Positions 10,991 through 23,976 of a stretch of DNA of 64,000 bases are shown here, in pieces; position 1 is the stretch's first letter, and each line of letters opens with the position of its first letter. Position numbers and translations under genes: made by a program. Location: contig NC_058368.1 in NCBI RefSeq assembly GCF_018350175.1, positions 72,852,001 through 72,916,000 on the forward strand. The letters run 5' to 3'. The notes under the pieces were generated by a model that searched no databases, had not been told where the DNA came from, and saw only the letters and a program-made list of their open reading frames with translations. This DNA is from Felis catus (lineage: Eukaryota).

Positions 10991-12972
10991 CACTAAAAGT
11001 TAGTTCTTATTCCTAATTTATTAATAGTTTTCCAAGTTTGGCGTGTTCATCTCTTGTTATGAAATTAGAAATGTAAATACTCCTCCAGATGAAAGACTGG
11101 AAAAAAAATCTGTATTGTCTTATTTGATTGGATTAGGGCTAAAATTCCAACAGAGATACAATGAAAGCATAAAACAGCCAAAGAAAAGTACAACAATATC
11201 AACATTCTCCATTTGGGACCTTTGAACGGCTTTGAGTCCATAAATGAGTACCAAAAGACCTTAAGAATTCCTTAAGCCTAAAAGAGTGTGTAGAGCCCAT
11301 AACAAATATCTATGGCTAAAATCTATTCACATAAATATTTAATAAAACATTTTATAATGAAATGAAACATTAATTTAAAGAATCATGATGGTGAGGTTTC
11401 CATTTATTCATCAAGGTTTTTTAAGGGTAACAATAAAATTAACATAGTTTGCTGTATGTCTCTAAAATTACAAATCTGTTAATTAGCTTCCTAAAAACAG
11501 AATCATGAAAATGATGCGGGATGGGAGCTTGAATTCATAACATCAGTATAAACATATTATCCATCTGCTACTTTTGATAATCTATACAAAGACAATGAGC
11601 ACAGGACTCCACAGCTCCCTCCACATTCCCTTCACACCAAGTAGCTCGCAACACAATTTTCCTGCCCACCGGGAGCTCATATTAAAATGGAATAAAAATG
11701 CCATCAGCCTTTCCTGTCCCCTGCCCACTAGATAAGATTTCTGTGTAGCTCTATTCAGTTTCTTCCTTCTCTTCCCTTTCAAGAAGGGTCCTGGCTCCTG
11801 TGCCTGGTTGCTGCGCTCTGTGACTGAATCACAAAGAAACAGGAAGAAAATGGAGAACAGGATGGGTAAAAGGATGCGGCTGGTGGAATTTTACAGAAAA
11901 AGAAAAAAAAAAACCTGGAAAAAAAAAAAGAGAGCAGCCACAGTGCATGAAGGCAGTTGATGGGAGAAAAAAGGGAATAGACCTTAAGATATTTTGAGAA
12001 ACTATGCATTCATTCCCTTTATAGTATTTGAGAGATTCCAGTATAGATCTTGAGTCATTTTGGAATACGTTTTGTTTGCATCTGCTGTATTCTTTAATGC
12101 TTATACCCCCCTAAAGCTGCACTACATGAGTCGCTGGTACATGTGTTGTGCAGGTTGAGCTGTGGGGAACCAGGAGTGGGGACAGACACTGTATGATGTT
12201 CTGCTTCTCTCCAGGAGCGGCACTGCCCCTCAGAGTTGCTTTGTCACAGCCATATCATGACGACATCATAGTGAGCCATCATCGACTAGGAAAGTCCCAA
12301 GGGAAGACATCAGCACTCCCGGATGTGCCCTACTCATGCCCCTCCTGCACATTCCACTCCCACCAGACAGGGTTAATTTCCTGAGAGTGTCCTTTATGAA
12401 ATGTCCCTGAGAAGGAACAGTGACTAACTGCTTAGCCGGCAACTTTGGTCCAAGACTCTTCAGAAGAATAAACCTAGGGACAACATTCAAGACCTCACTT
12501 GACCCAAACTATGGATTTACTTTCTGGAATTTCCTCCTACCATTAAAAACGCCTTGCAATAAAAAAAAATCCTTGATTACTCTACTCACAGACTTTAAAA
12601 TTTGGACTCTCTTTCCATGAAAACACACACTATTAGTCTCATGGCATGTTCATGATCAATGTTACATTTTCATTGCATGTCAAACATTCTCTGGTTTATG
12701 GTACATTTGAATCATGTGTGATGATAACTAACCATATAAAACCATAAGGTGTGCAAGGTCACATAACAGAAGCAAGAGTAGCAAGGTCACATAACAGAAC
12801 ACAAGTGAAATAAAATAGTTCTATAATAGGATCATCAAGAAGAAGTGACTGGTTAGTGGAGCACTTAACAAGAAAAGGTTTAGGTTGGACCAAATCCTGG
12901 GAGAAAAGGTTGCTTTATATATTTTAACATAATACTCAGTTTAACAGACTCATCCAAATCAATGTTTCAGCC

Positions 12973-12977
<5 letters not shown>

Positions 12978-13016
<39 letters not shown>
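12978..13016. repeat. (CA)n microsatellite
   Basis: Direct reading. Confidence 0.95.
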
Positions 13017-13018
<2 letters not shown>

Positions 13019-14151
13019 CACAAAACCACCATACCATTCAAAGGGGACTTAAAAGGCTTATGCACTTAGGCTTGTCACATTGGCATTACCCTCTTAGTAA
13101 AGCCCCTTTCAAAACAAGATCTGAGCTACCCATGCTGAAATACATGCTCAAGAAAGGGGAGGAGGTACGTGGGCTGTATTAAGACGCAGTGTCTATTCAA
13201 CAAGAATCTTCACTGGTTTTAAGGCATTTATACCAGTGTTAAGGTTTATATGCAAAGAATCATTTGGTTTCAGCAAAAACACAGACTGAAACAATCTCAC
13301 AATTGCAATTCAATGCACTTGAAACCAACACATCCTATTGACTGTTCACCCATGTGGAGATGTACCTTATGGAGATGTGGGGCCCATATATTGCAGACTA
13401 TCAGTACGCTGTCTGCCTGGAAAGCAAGATGTTGCATCTCTGGAGAGTGAGTCTATGACAATGAGGCCCCACATCAGAGGAAAATGCAAGCTTTGTTTTT
13501 GCCTTGATTTCAACAGCTGCTCCTCCCTTCATTCTGGGATCGATGCACTCTTTTATCTAACAGCAGGAAAGGAGACGATCGTGTAACGTGGCAGCAGACA
13601 CAAAAAAAGAGAATGTTAATGCAAGGCTACAACTCAACTCCCCTAGAGACTGTACCTTCCAGGAGCCCAGGACTCCAGCATCCGACAGAATGAGATAGAG
13701 CTGGCTCAATCGAGCATGACAAGTCATTGCATTACAAGTCAGCTGGAGCCCCTAATGGAGTGACAGTATTTTCTGGTTGCTAGGGAGAGGACAGTGAATG
13801 AGAAAGCTCTTCAGAGTTAGAAGTGTAGCTATGAGGCCGGTGATTTGTACAGACAACTCCTTCATAATGCTGGCTGTTGAGGCAATCAAAGGGCGACGGC
13901 AGCAGCATTAGTCACTGCGTCGGAACTTTCTGTCTGAAATAAGGAAAACACCCTTTCTCTTGTCTATCCCTCTGACCAGGGCAGGATGAGGCTGAGGCAA
14001 GTGAGGTATTAGGCTTGGGCACAACATTTAAGGGTAACCAGAACACTCAGGATCAAGGTAATATTCCAGTACAATGTTTTAAATGTAAATTAATGCAGAA
14101 ATATCCATGATGAACAAAATATGACAACTTTAATTAAAAACAGGCTACAAC

Positions 14152-14257
14152 CAAAGATGAAGGAGGAGGAGGAGGAAGAGGAGGAGGAGGAGAAGGGGGG
14201 AGGAGGGGGAGGAGAGGGAGGAGGGAGAGGAGGGCAAGGAGGAGAGAAGGAGGAATA
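14152..14257 (+). repeat. Purine-rich (GGA/GAG) low-complexity tract
   Basis: Almost pure A/G for ~106 nt. Confidence 0.9.
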
Positions 14258-14460
14258 GGAGCACCTGGGTGGCTCAGTTGGTTAAGTGTCTGACTTCGGC
14301 TCAGGTCATGATCTCATGGTTTGTGGGTTTGAGCCCTGCACCAGGCTCTGTGCTGACAGCTCAGAGCCTAGAGCCTGTTTCAGATTCTGTGTCTCCCTCT
14401 GTCCCTCCCCTGCTTAACTCTCTCTCTCTCTCAAAAATAAATAAACATTAAAAAAAAAAA
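14258..14460 (+). mobile_element. CAN-SINE
   Basis: ggagcacctgggtggctcag head, A tail; TSD aggctacaac at 14142-14151 and 14460-14469. Confidence 0.95.
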
Positions 14461-14589
14461 GGCTACAACTCTGTTTGTGTACCCTTCAGCTCACCTGGCC
14501 CACCATCGACCTGGTTGTGTTCTTCAGAGGGATGTTGGGAGTATTAAACAAAGGGTATGCCAGAAAGTTCTGTAGGAAAGATTACTATT

Positions 14590-14790
14590 ACCCTTGAGCA
14601 CCTATTAAGGTCTGTGCAGGAGACTACTAGGCTCTTTATTAAAAAGTATCCCATTTCATCCTTGTAAACTTTTGAAGTCACCTTTATTGTTCCATTTGAC
14701 AGGTGGTGATAATAAGGTTCTCATAAGTCAAGTATCTGAGCGAGCGCTTCACCCTGGGTGTCAAACTCCATCTCCTGTGCTCTTTCCACC
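14590..14790 (-). mobile_element. MIR fragment
   Basis: 'ttgagcacctatta...tattgttccatttgacaggtggtgataataaggttc...gtcaaactcca...gtgctctttccac'. Confidence 0.55.
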
Positions 14791-16004
14791 CATCATGCAT
14801 TATCCACCAATAATGAAACTTGTATTGAAACTTATTTGATGCATTCTAAATCCTTGAAATATTCCAGAGAGGCCAGGTGGGAGTTCTCTGATGCATGAGC
14901 TGATAGTTAAACAATTGAGTGCTCTCCACCTTCCTCCAAAAGAGTCTGTGTGCCATTAAATGAGCCAGTCAGCAAAATCCTGGTCAGAAATAAGACTCTA
15001 AGGAGACTTAAGGGTGAAATCTGATTTGGGTACAGGTAAAGAAGGTAGAAAAGAACATGGGGCTCCTTTTTCATGTTTATTTACTTATATTTTTTTCTTT
15101 TGCCACGATGTGTCTGGATGAAGATTGGTACAAAGAAAGAAGGTAGAATTTATGTAAATGTGAATCTTCCAGGAAGGCACTCTCATCCCTTGCCCCATCT
15201 GTCCTGTCTTAAAATGCTTTCTAATACATTCAGCAATTTCTGATCTAGTTCTCTACCGGGCTAGCTTTGGGTTTTAGACTACATGTGGGTAAAGAGGCCC
15301 CCGTGGCTGGGTAACATCTGTGAGCACTGCTACCCAAAAGGTGGCCGGTCTTATTGCCAGTGTTCTGAGGGCCACTGTGCTAGGTCCTGCAGCTGACTCA
15401 GGGCAGTCAGTAAATCAGAAAGCTGACCCTGGATCTGTGCCTAACATTTTCATATGCATGGCATTGCTAGCTTTCATTTCTCACTGCCAGAACTATTCTT
15501 AGCCTCTCCTAGTCTCACGGAGAAAGAAGCTAGGTTTTTTGCGATAACATTTTAACATTTTTTAGCACTTTATAATCATGTAAATTCTTTCAGTCCACTA
15601 TCTTTCTGTTGAGTCAGAGAATGAATATTCCTCACCCCATCTGTGTCCTAGGTGAAAAGACAGTTGCTCTACACGTGGAAATTTGTGACATCTGACCTGA
15701 GAGTCACCAATGGTCTTTCTAGCTCTGAAGTTCTGTATCTACATATCTAGGAAGATATACATACAGAGGACAGAGACAGCAGAAGCAAAAATTGGAGCAC
15801 ATAAAGGGGAAATGAATCAGAAATAACAGCCTGGGGGGGGGGGGGGAGAAATCACTCCCTATGTCATAAATTAAGGGAAGAAGGATTAATTAATTTTTAA
15901 CAGGAGAAGAATAGCCAGCTGCCCTGTAACCTGGGCTGGGGTGGGGGTGGTGGCAGTTAGGTAGATGAAGGAGAGAGACTATTTTAGATATTACAGACAC
16001 AAGT

Positions 16005-16066
16005 AACATGTTTTAACAAGCCCTTCAGATGAGTATCATGCCTGCTGAAGTTTGAAAAACACTGGG
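16005..16066. mobile_element. MER5-like hAT end fragment
   Basis: 'ttttaacaagcccttcagatga...catgcctgctgaagtttgaaaaacactg'. Confidence 0.55.
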
Positions 16067-17080
16067 CTAAAGCATAGAGCCCATGCCTTCTTAGAAGACA
16101 TTTCCATAAAAGTATATGTGCCAATATCAAAGCGATTATCAGGGAAGTCAGGGGGCTCTACGAAAAGGTAAGAGTGTGGTTAGAGTTCTTGGCAAATGGG
16201 GATGTGACAACTGGTCTGCAACCCATTTCACAGATATCTCTAGGAATGTGGTAAGCATGATACTCCTCCCACCATCTTGAGGTTAGATGAGCAACTACTG
16301 ATCTGTCCCAAGATGGTGACTCTGTAACCAATAGGAAGGGTAAAGTTGACCTCTCACTGCCTAGGGGCATCTCTAAAAGCCAGAGGAAGGAAAGCAGCTC
16401 AGGCTCAGTCTAGGTTGGCTGTGATGAGGAAAAGCAATTTTGAAAACAACATCGTCCAATGCTACCACTGGCACCGACTGATGTTGTATTTGTTGTAACT
16501 TATGAATTTATCTTAAATTCCTGAAGAGATGAAGAAACAATAACAAATTAAAAGTTTGGATTAAATAAAAGAAAGAAAATGAGAAGTAAACTATGTTCTC
16601 CTGATTCCCTACTGAACAAGTATAAAAGCATATCATGCCTTGAATCAAAGTTATGAACTTCTACATTCAGCTTCTGAGAAACACAAAATGCCATGTCGCA
16701 AACACGTTTGAAAGCAATGAAGAATGTCAATTTGAAAAAAAGGAAAAAGAATGCCAATGTTTGCTCTTATTTTTTAATAATCTTGGGAAGATGAGATTGA
16801 GAAAGAAAGGAGACACCCTTCCCTCTTACTAATCAGAAAATCTGAGAGCGGCCACATGAAAATACACAGAGAAGCAAATTTCCAGAAGGGCTTCTGGTCT
16901 GAATTCTATACGCTCTTCATTCTAATGAGTAACTATGTTGATCAGGTAGGCATTTTGGAAAAACCATCTCTTGAGTCCGTGAGAGTTTATTAGTAATTTA
17001 TTATTATTATGGATCAAAACAAAAACTATAACTTTCTACTAGTTTTCATTATTAAACTATGTCCTGCAGCCTTACTCTAT

Positions 17081-17617
17081 TGCATTCATTTCCTGTTGTT
17101 GCTGTAAGAAATTACCACAAACTTAGTGTCTTGAAACAACATGAATTTTTTTAGCTCATAGTTCTGTATGTCCAAATCCTGATGGAGGTCTCACTGAGCT
17201 TAAATCAAGATGTGGGAAGATCTATGCTACTTTCTGGAAGCTTAACAGGAGATTCTGTTTCCTTGTGCTTTTCAGCTTCTTACGTCTGCCCACATTCTTT
17301 GACTCATGTCTGCTTCCTCTATCTTCAAAGACAGATACATTGCATCTTTCTGTGCCTTTCTTCCAAAGTCACACCTCCCTCTCTGACCCTTCTTGGGAAA
17401 GGTCATCCACTTGTAAGGACCCATATGATTAGACTGAGCCACCTGAATAATCCAGGATAATCTCTTTATATCAAAGTTCTCAACTTAATTACATCTGTAA
17501 AATCCTCTTTGCCTTGGGAAGTATCATATTTAGAGGTTATTGGGTCCCAGGTATTAGGATATGGATATCTTTGCAGATGGGGCAGGGAGGAAGAAGCACA
17601 TTATTCAGCTGACCACA
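17081..17617 (-). mobile_element. MLT1 (ERVL-MaLR) solo LTR
   Basis: 'ttgctgtaagaaattaccacaaacttagtgtcttgaaacaac' ... 'ttattcagctgaccaca' are antisense MLT1 ends. Confidence 0.85.
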
Positions 17618-19084
17618 TAGGCCTGCTTTTATTTGTAATAGATGACATATTTAGTTAACTACTATTTCTAATGAGTATAATGTTTTAAAACCCTATCCCC
17701 AAATGCTTAAAATTATGAGTTCCTAAATAATTCTACCCTGAAATAAAATATTGGAAGATTGAAGACAGAACATTCATCAAGCGGTAGGAGAAAATAAGAG
17801 AATGGGGAAAAGATCGTAATTAACTACAGCTACCAACACTGAATAAGTAGTGTATGCTAGATTGTCTGTGAGTCAAAAGTCAGTGTTTTGATTCAGTCAG
17901 TGATTTAGAAAAAAGACATGTTCTAAACTGGTTACATAAAAACCTACTAAAGATTAGTGGCATGTTGTAAACCAGCATCCAATGAATTGTGCTTCCCAAT
18001 GAATTCATGTCCTTGAATCAGTGCTTGATTTGCATTCATGGTCATCCCCACAGAGTGAGTAACTCCATGACTAAGAGAAGGATCTCTTATATCAAACACT
18101 TACTGTTCCTCCATGTTTTACCTCCAATATGAACAAGTAAGCAACAAAGGAGAGATAATGCAAATGAGGCAGAAACATGAGTAAACCTGATTTCCTGCAC
18201 CAGTCAAAGACAAGTGAGGGGTAGAGGGACATAATCCAGAATCCGAGATGACTGAGAAGCCACCTGAAGCTTTCTAGGCTGGGGACCCACAGCACACTGT
18301 CATCACTTTGCATGAAATGTTGCAATATTCAAGTTCAGGAATGCCCCTATTGAACTTCATGCTCACAAATTCATATGAAAGCCAAATACCAATGGTTTTG
18401 GGTTGGTCACCATTGAAAGTATCCCAACTTCTTTGATTCCAAAATGGAAAAGGAATAATACTACTCGATGTTGTAAAGTTTGTTTCAGAATACATGTGAT
18501 TAGTAAGCACAGCCATTTCAAGAAATCATTACATTGCTCTACACTAGAATCATGCAATCAAAACTAGAGCATCTTGATGGAAGCTCCACTCCTAGTTCAT
18601 GAAAACCTGGAAAAATCAACATAAAGGGCATTTTTCACGAGCAGTTGAAACATGAACAGTTATATTAGCTTTTTAGTTTTCTTAATGCTTTAAGTTCCCA
18701 ATTATTACAATGTGAACCATAAATTTCCATTTCATTCATCACAGATAACATGTATTCAACAAATTTATTGAGTTGGGACTTGTGTTCCCAGGAATGCAAG
18801 TGATTTCTTCTTATTTTTGCTTTATTCTTTATCCTACTAATCTTTAGCTGACTATGTTTGATAGGTGCACTAGTTTTTTACCCCTGCATAGGAGTGACTG
18901 AAATACAGGCAGATCCACAGGCCTTCCTGTGTTATACAGAGAGTAAAGGCACTATCTGTTAACGCAGTATGAAATTTCCAATATTATATCTCCAAATGAT
19001 TAAGAGAGATGTACGTTTTATTACAATTCTATCTATTAATACTTTTTCTTAGGAAACGAAGTGCTTTTTAAAAATATTACCTTA

Positions 19085-19290
19085 GGGGAGCTTGGGTGGC
19101 TCAGTTGGTTAAGCATCCAACTCTTGATTTCAGTTCAGGTCATGATCTCACAGTTGGTGAGTTCGAGTCCCATGTTGGGCTCTGTGCTCAGTGTGGATCC
19201 TGCTTGGGATTCTCTGTTTCCCTCACTCTCTGCCCCTTCCCACTCTCTCTCTCTCTGTCTCTCAAAATAAATAAATAAGCTTTAAAAAAA
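19085..19290 (+). mobile_element. CAN-SINE
   Basis: SINE head and tail; degenerate TSD aaaa(a/t)tattac(c/a)tta. Confidence 0.93.
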
Positions 19291-19481
19291 TTATTACATT
19301 AGCAGAAGCCTGATTATAATGTCTTTATAAACATTGCTTTAAATTTTAAAGTCATTTCCCTTTCTGTTAGTATATTGTATCTTACACAGAACATTCAAAT
19401 GAACTAATTCATGTTCATGTAAACCCTGTCCCCTTGGTATTTACAGCATTAAAACAAACAAACCAGCAAGGATAGACTAAA

Positions 19482-19585
19482 TAGTTATCTTTCTCAAAGA
19501 GTGATCACCAGACCAGAAGCAAGATCTCCTGGGAGATGTGAGAACGTAAACTTCCAGTCCTTGAGGCATCTCTATTAAATCAGTG
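19482..19585. mobile_element. MER5A-like fragment
   Basis: 'ttctcaaagagtgatcaccagaccagaagca...ctcctgggagatgtgagaa...aaatcag'. Confidence 0.5.
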
Positions 19586-19650
19586 ATCAGTCACTAAGGC
19601 CGACACCTAGCGCTTCATTATTTTATTCATACTTTTGGGACTAAGTTATC

Positions 19651-19855
19651 TTTTTTTAATATTTATTTATTTTTGGGAGAGTGCAAGCAGGGAAGGGGCA
19701 GAGAGAGGGACAGAGAGGGAGACAGATGATCCAAAGCGAGCTCTGCACTCACAGGCTGACAGCAGTGACCCCAATGTGGGGCTTGAACCCACAAACTGCA
19801 AGATCATGCCTGAGCCAAAGTTGGACACTCAGCCAACTGAGCCACCCAGGTACCC
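19651..19855 (-). mobile_element. CAN-SINE
   Basis: Antisense SINE; TSD taa(g/c)ttatcttt. Confidence 0.93.
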
Positions 19856-19886
19856 TTAACTTATCTTTATCTGATAGTGTGTGTGT

Positions 19887-19975
19887 CAGTGATCCGTGAA
19901 CTTATGGTAACATCAGAGTCACCGGGTGGTTTTGTGCAGACACAGAGTGTGGGGCCAACCTCCAGAGTTCCTTCC
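19887..19975. mobile_element. MER5A-like fragment
   Basis: 'catcagagtcaccgggtggttttgtgcagacacagagtgtggggccaacctccagagttc'. Confidence 0.55.
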
Positions 19976-21035
19976 AGATTAGGCAGGGAGCTCTGGGTCA
20001 AGTAGGTTCTGTGTGTACAGTAAGTGACAGGTCCCCTCTTCTAGATCCTTCCCCCTCTTCTTCTCACTGCAGGATCCCAAACCATCATGACATTACTATT
20101 ACTGTCTTATCACTCTGGTCTTAGAAGTTGCTTTAGAAGCTTCTCCTGCAGCTTGGACCTGGTACCCTGTTTGGCTGTATGTGCCTGCAGGGTTTTTTAG
20201 CCTAAAGGCAGAAACCATAGAGAATCTGAAGTCCCTATGCTTTTCTACGCCTTTCTGTAGATGGAAATGATTAAAGGCAGAGAAAACTTCCTTACAATGT
20301 GGCTCAAACTCCCAGAATGTAGCTAGATGTGAAGTAAGTTTCACAGAAGTGACCCATGCAACTCAAAAAATCACAAAGTGTGTGCACACCAGGACAAACT
20401 CAAGCACAGCCAGCATGATTGAGGAGGATCATATTACGGGCAGAGGGACAGAACCAAAAGTAGTTATTTTTCCCCGAAGAACAGGTTTACCAAAACTGTT
20501 TGGAGCCTCTGATGAACACTTCCATATAAAGAATTTCTCGTCCCCAAACTGCCCCATTTGTAAAGAATTACTTACTCATCCCCAAACTGCCCGTCTACAC
20601 TTGAAGAAACACATCCAATTAGGAATTGTTTCACACACACAAAGCCACAGGACTGAGGAGGCTGAGCTCAGATTTGGGCTCCTGAGTTGCAGGTATAGTG
20701 GAGAAGGGGAGGCCTAACCCAGGACCTAACCGTGCACAAATCCTGCTCACTATAAAGAGTGTATCTCCTCTAATAGCATACTTTTATTTATGCATTACCA
20801 ATGGTGGGTGTCCACAGATCAGATCAGCCAGACCAGGAGGAGTGACTGCCAACAGATGGGAACCCTCATAAGGGGGTGAAAGACAGAATTCGTCAACAAC
20901 GGAAACTCATCACCTGCCCTTGCCACTGCCAGAACCACAATGGACTGTGACCAGGTAGAAAAGGAAACATAAGGAGACAGAGAACTAGAGCAGTTCCTCA
21001 TAAGAGGCGATGCCTCACGCTGGTGTTCAGACTTT

Positions 21036-21240
21036 ATATATATATTTTAATGTTTATTTATTTTTGACAGAGACAGAACAAGCAGGGGAGGGGCAGAGAC
21101 AGGGAGACAGAATCTGAAGCCGGCTCCAGGCTCTGAGCTGTCAGCCCAGAGCCCTACCTGGGGTTCGAACTCTTGAACTGTGAGATCATGACCTGAGCCG
21201 AAGTCTACTGTTTAGCTGCCTGGGCCACCCAGGCGCCCCC
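21036..21240 (-). mobile_element. CAN-SINE
   Basis: Antisense SINE ending ccacccaggcgccccc. Confidence 0.95.
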
Positions 21241-21469
21241 ACACTTTAAGTCAAACCTGCCAGAATTTGTATGTCTGTCTCCTAGCTAGTCTTTCAAGGC
21301 CCTGTACCTTTCACGGGGGCTTCTAGGAGATCTTTTCTTGTCTTATAAATAGTGCTTCTGCTCAAGAAATGCTACCATAAGCACTGCTGGGTCACAACTG
21401 TTGTGTACCCCACATCAGGTGCTGTGCTTCTATTTACGTGGACCACCTGCTTTTGTGCGCACAGCGGCA

Positions 21470-21630
21470 ACTGAGACAGGGCCAATTATCTTTACTATTC
21501 AACAGGGAAGGGACCCGAGACAGGGTAAAGGACACAGATGGGTCTCTTACATGGTACGGTAGCAAAGCTGGAACTTGAATTCAAGTCCATCTGATTGCAA
21601 AGTCCATCCTCTGACCCTCACACTATGATA
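21470..21630 (-). mobile_element. MIR fragment
   Basis: 'gtagcaaagctggaacttgaattcaagtccatctgattgcaaagtccat'. Confidence 0.55.
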
Positions 21631-21817
21631 CTTTCACTGTTTTGGGTGCTCTCATTAAGGAAGCAAAGCTTTCTGAGTCACTCTGATTCTTCCTCCAGTT
21701 CTCCTGTTTCAAAGAAATGTGCCTTTCCTTTCACAAGGCAGAAAAAAAGACCAAACTCATGGAAGTTGGGGACCAAACCCAGTAGTTTAACCTGGGAAGA
21801 GAAGATGCCCATGAATA

Positions 21818-22241
21818 CCATTTTGGTCTCCTAGGACTGCTGTAAGGAAGTGTCACTGACTGCATGGCTTAGAACAAACGAAACTTAGCCCATGGTTCTG
21901 GCAGCTGGAAGCTTGAAATCAGGGCCTCAGCCAGGCTGGTTCCTCCTAGAGGCTCCAAGGGAAGATCAGCCCCATCCCTCTCTCCTGGCTTCAGGTACTT
22001 CCTCAGTGTGTGGAACCTCACTCCAGTCTCTGCCTCTGCCCCCATGGTGTTCTCAGTGTCTGTGTCCAATTTCCCCTCTTCTTTTAAGGACACTGGTCAT
22101 ATTGCTTTAGGGCCCACCAGTACAACTTCATCTTAGCCTGACGACATCTGCAAAGACCTGATATCCTAAGGTCACTTTCATAGGCACCAAAGGTTAGGAT
22201 GTCAACACATCTTTTGAAGGGACAAAATTCAACCCATAACA
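21818..22241 (-). mobile_element. MLT1 (ERVL-MaLR) solo LTR
   Basis: 'cctaggactgctgtaa...catctgcaaagacc...gggacaaaattcaacccataaca'. Confidence 0.85.
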
Positions 22242-23065
22242 TTTTCTTACTCCCTGGAAAGAGAATGAAGTTCTATTCGGTTTTACTACTTTTGGTGGCT
22301 TCACCAGCCACAGAAAAGCATCCTTTGCATGGACTCTAGAATTCTAGACGTCACTCTGCCGTTCAAAGCCTTCATCCGTGATCTTTTCCGTTTCTGGAAA
22401 ATCTCTTATTCTAGGATTTCCAAAGTCAAACCAAACTACTGCCCTCTCTGAAAATTTCGTGTGTGATTTGTTTCCTCAGTCTTGTCAAAATCCTGTGCAT
22501 GTTTACAGCTCTTTTAAAATTGTGATCTTTTCTTATCCTAAAATTTTCTCTCTTGCCTCTCCACTTCCTGGTGTATTGTTTTCTCTGGGAGGTTGAGCTT
22601 TTTCTGTTCTGCCCTACAATTTCTGTGATCAAGTCTTTCTTCCTTATCATCTTATGTTTTTCTTAAACTCGTAACAGAGATGAGCATTCACATCTGTCTT
22701 TGTATCTTTTACAATTCCTAATGCACAATACCTTTCCCGTAGTGGGTGCTGATTAACTGTTGGACAAGTTGACAGATATACTGTCAAGAATTTCAGAAAA
22801 TTTTCCATTTCCACAAAGATAGTTGCTATTGAGAGAATAATGAAGAATCTAATGTCACAGTATGGCTTTGAACCCTGACTTTCAAATCCTTAAAATATAG
22901 ATAACAAAATCTACGCCATACTGAGGTGACAAATATCAAGTGAAATACCAGTAAAATTTCCTCCTAGAATACATTGCACGTGGTAGGTATTGAACAAATA
23001 TTCGTTAGCTGTCAATGTGTTGGTTCCTGATTCTGTTACAGTTTATTAAAGCCCTAAAAATTCTT

Positions 23066-23287
23066 TAAAAAATTTTTTTAATGTTTATTTATATTTGAGA
23101 GAGAGGGAAAGAAACAGAGAATGATGAGTGGGGGAGGGACAGAGAGAGGGAGACACAGAACCCGAAGCAGGCTCCAGGCTCTCAGCTGCCAGCACAAAGC
23201 CTGACGCAGGGGTCGAACCCCCCAACCGTGAGATCATTACCTGAGCCAAAGTCAGACACCTAACTGACTGAGCCATCCAGGCACCCC
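23066..23287 (-). mobile_element. CAN-SINE
   Basis: Antisense SINE; TSD aagc(c/t)ct(a/g)aaaattctt at 23049-23065 and 23288-23304. Confidence 0.95.
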
Positions 23288-23761
23288 AAGCTCTGAAAAT
23301 TCTTGAGTCTTGACAGAGGCATATCAATGAAAAGGTACAGAATGCATTGTGACTACTTTATCTTCTTTCTAGGCAATCAGGCCAGTTGGACTTAGAAAAA
23401 AAAATCATAATTCTTGCCCATTGTTTCTGTAGGATTAAATGGCTTTTCATTTTATTATCCCTGATATCCAGATAAAGACACTTTCATAGGCACCAGAGGT
23501 TAGGTTTACTATCTGATTCATTTCATAAAGTCTGTGAGGTGGCTGGCTACCCATTGAGATTTAAGGCCAGCCACCACCCTTTATCTCCTATTAGGAGGTA
23601 ATATAACTTCCCATGCCAGACCAGGTTGCTTGCTGAGGGCAGAGGTAGTGTTTATTTAGCCATACTCCTGCACCCAGCAGACACTCAGTAAGTGATGGAC
23701 GGAACTGAATCTGTGGTTCCTCTCTAGCAGCCCTAGTACCTTGTTTTAAAAAACAAATATT

Positions 23762-23964
23762 GGGGCACCTGGGTGGCTCGGTCTGTTGAGCGGCCGACTT
23801 CGGCTCAGGTCATGATCTCGCGGTCGGTGAGTTCGAGCCCCCGCGTCGGGCTCTGTGCTGACAGCTCGGAGCCTGGAGCCTGCTTCGGATTCTGTGTCTC
23901 CCTCTCTCTCTGCCCCCCCCCATTCATGCTCTGTCTCTCTCTGTCTCAAAAATAAATAAATGTT
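23762..23964 (+). mobile_element. CAN-SINE (host of nested SINE)
   Basis: CpG-rich SINE; outer TSD aaaa(a/c)caaatatt flanks the pair. Confidence 0.95.
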
Positions 23965-23976
23965 TAAAAAAAATTT

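Larger units (their letters stand above)
13978..14515. mobile_element. hAT DNA transposon fossil (MER96B-like) interrupted by a SINE insertion
   Basis: 'cagggcaggatgaggctgaggcaagtgagg...aattaatgcagaaatatccatgatgaacaaaatat' matches recalled MER96B; resumes after 14470. Confidence 0.6.

Noticed and set aside
12215..12270. 56-nt exon-like segment (ctctccag|...|gtgagc)
   Set aside because: Weak donor context, not frame-preserving, no recognisable peptide
16446..16487. Small hairpin acaacatc-gtc...gactgatgttgt as a pre-miRNA
   Set aside because: Stem of ~11 bp is too short and matches no miRNA I recognise
18104..18194. Minus-strand 91-nt exon candidate with gtaagt donor
   Set aside because: Mediocre acceptor, unrecognisable peptides, no partner exons
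20073..20200. Strong acceptor followed by short ATG ORF (MTLLLLSY...)
   Set aside because: No good donor, no homology recognised; chance level
22335..22348. 14-bp palindrome tctagaattctaga as a heat-shock element
   Set aside because: Spacing does not fit nGAAnnTTCn arrays; isolated palindrome
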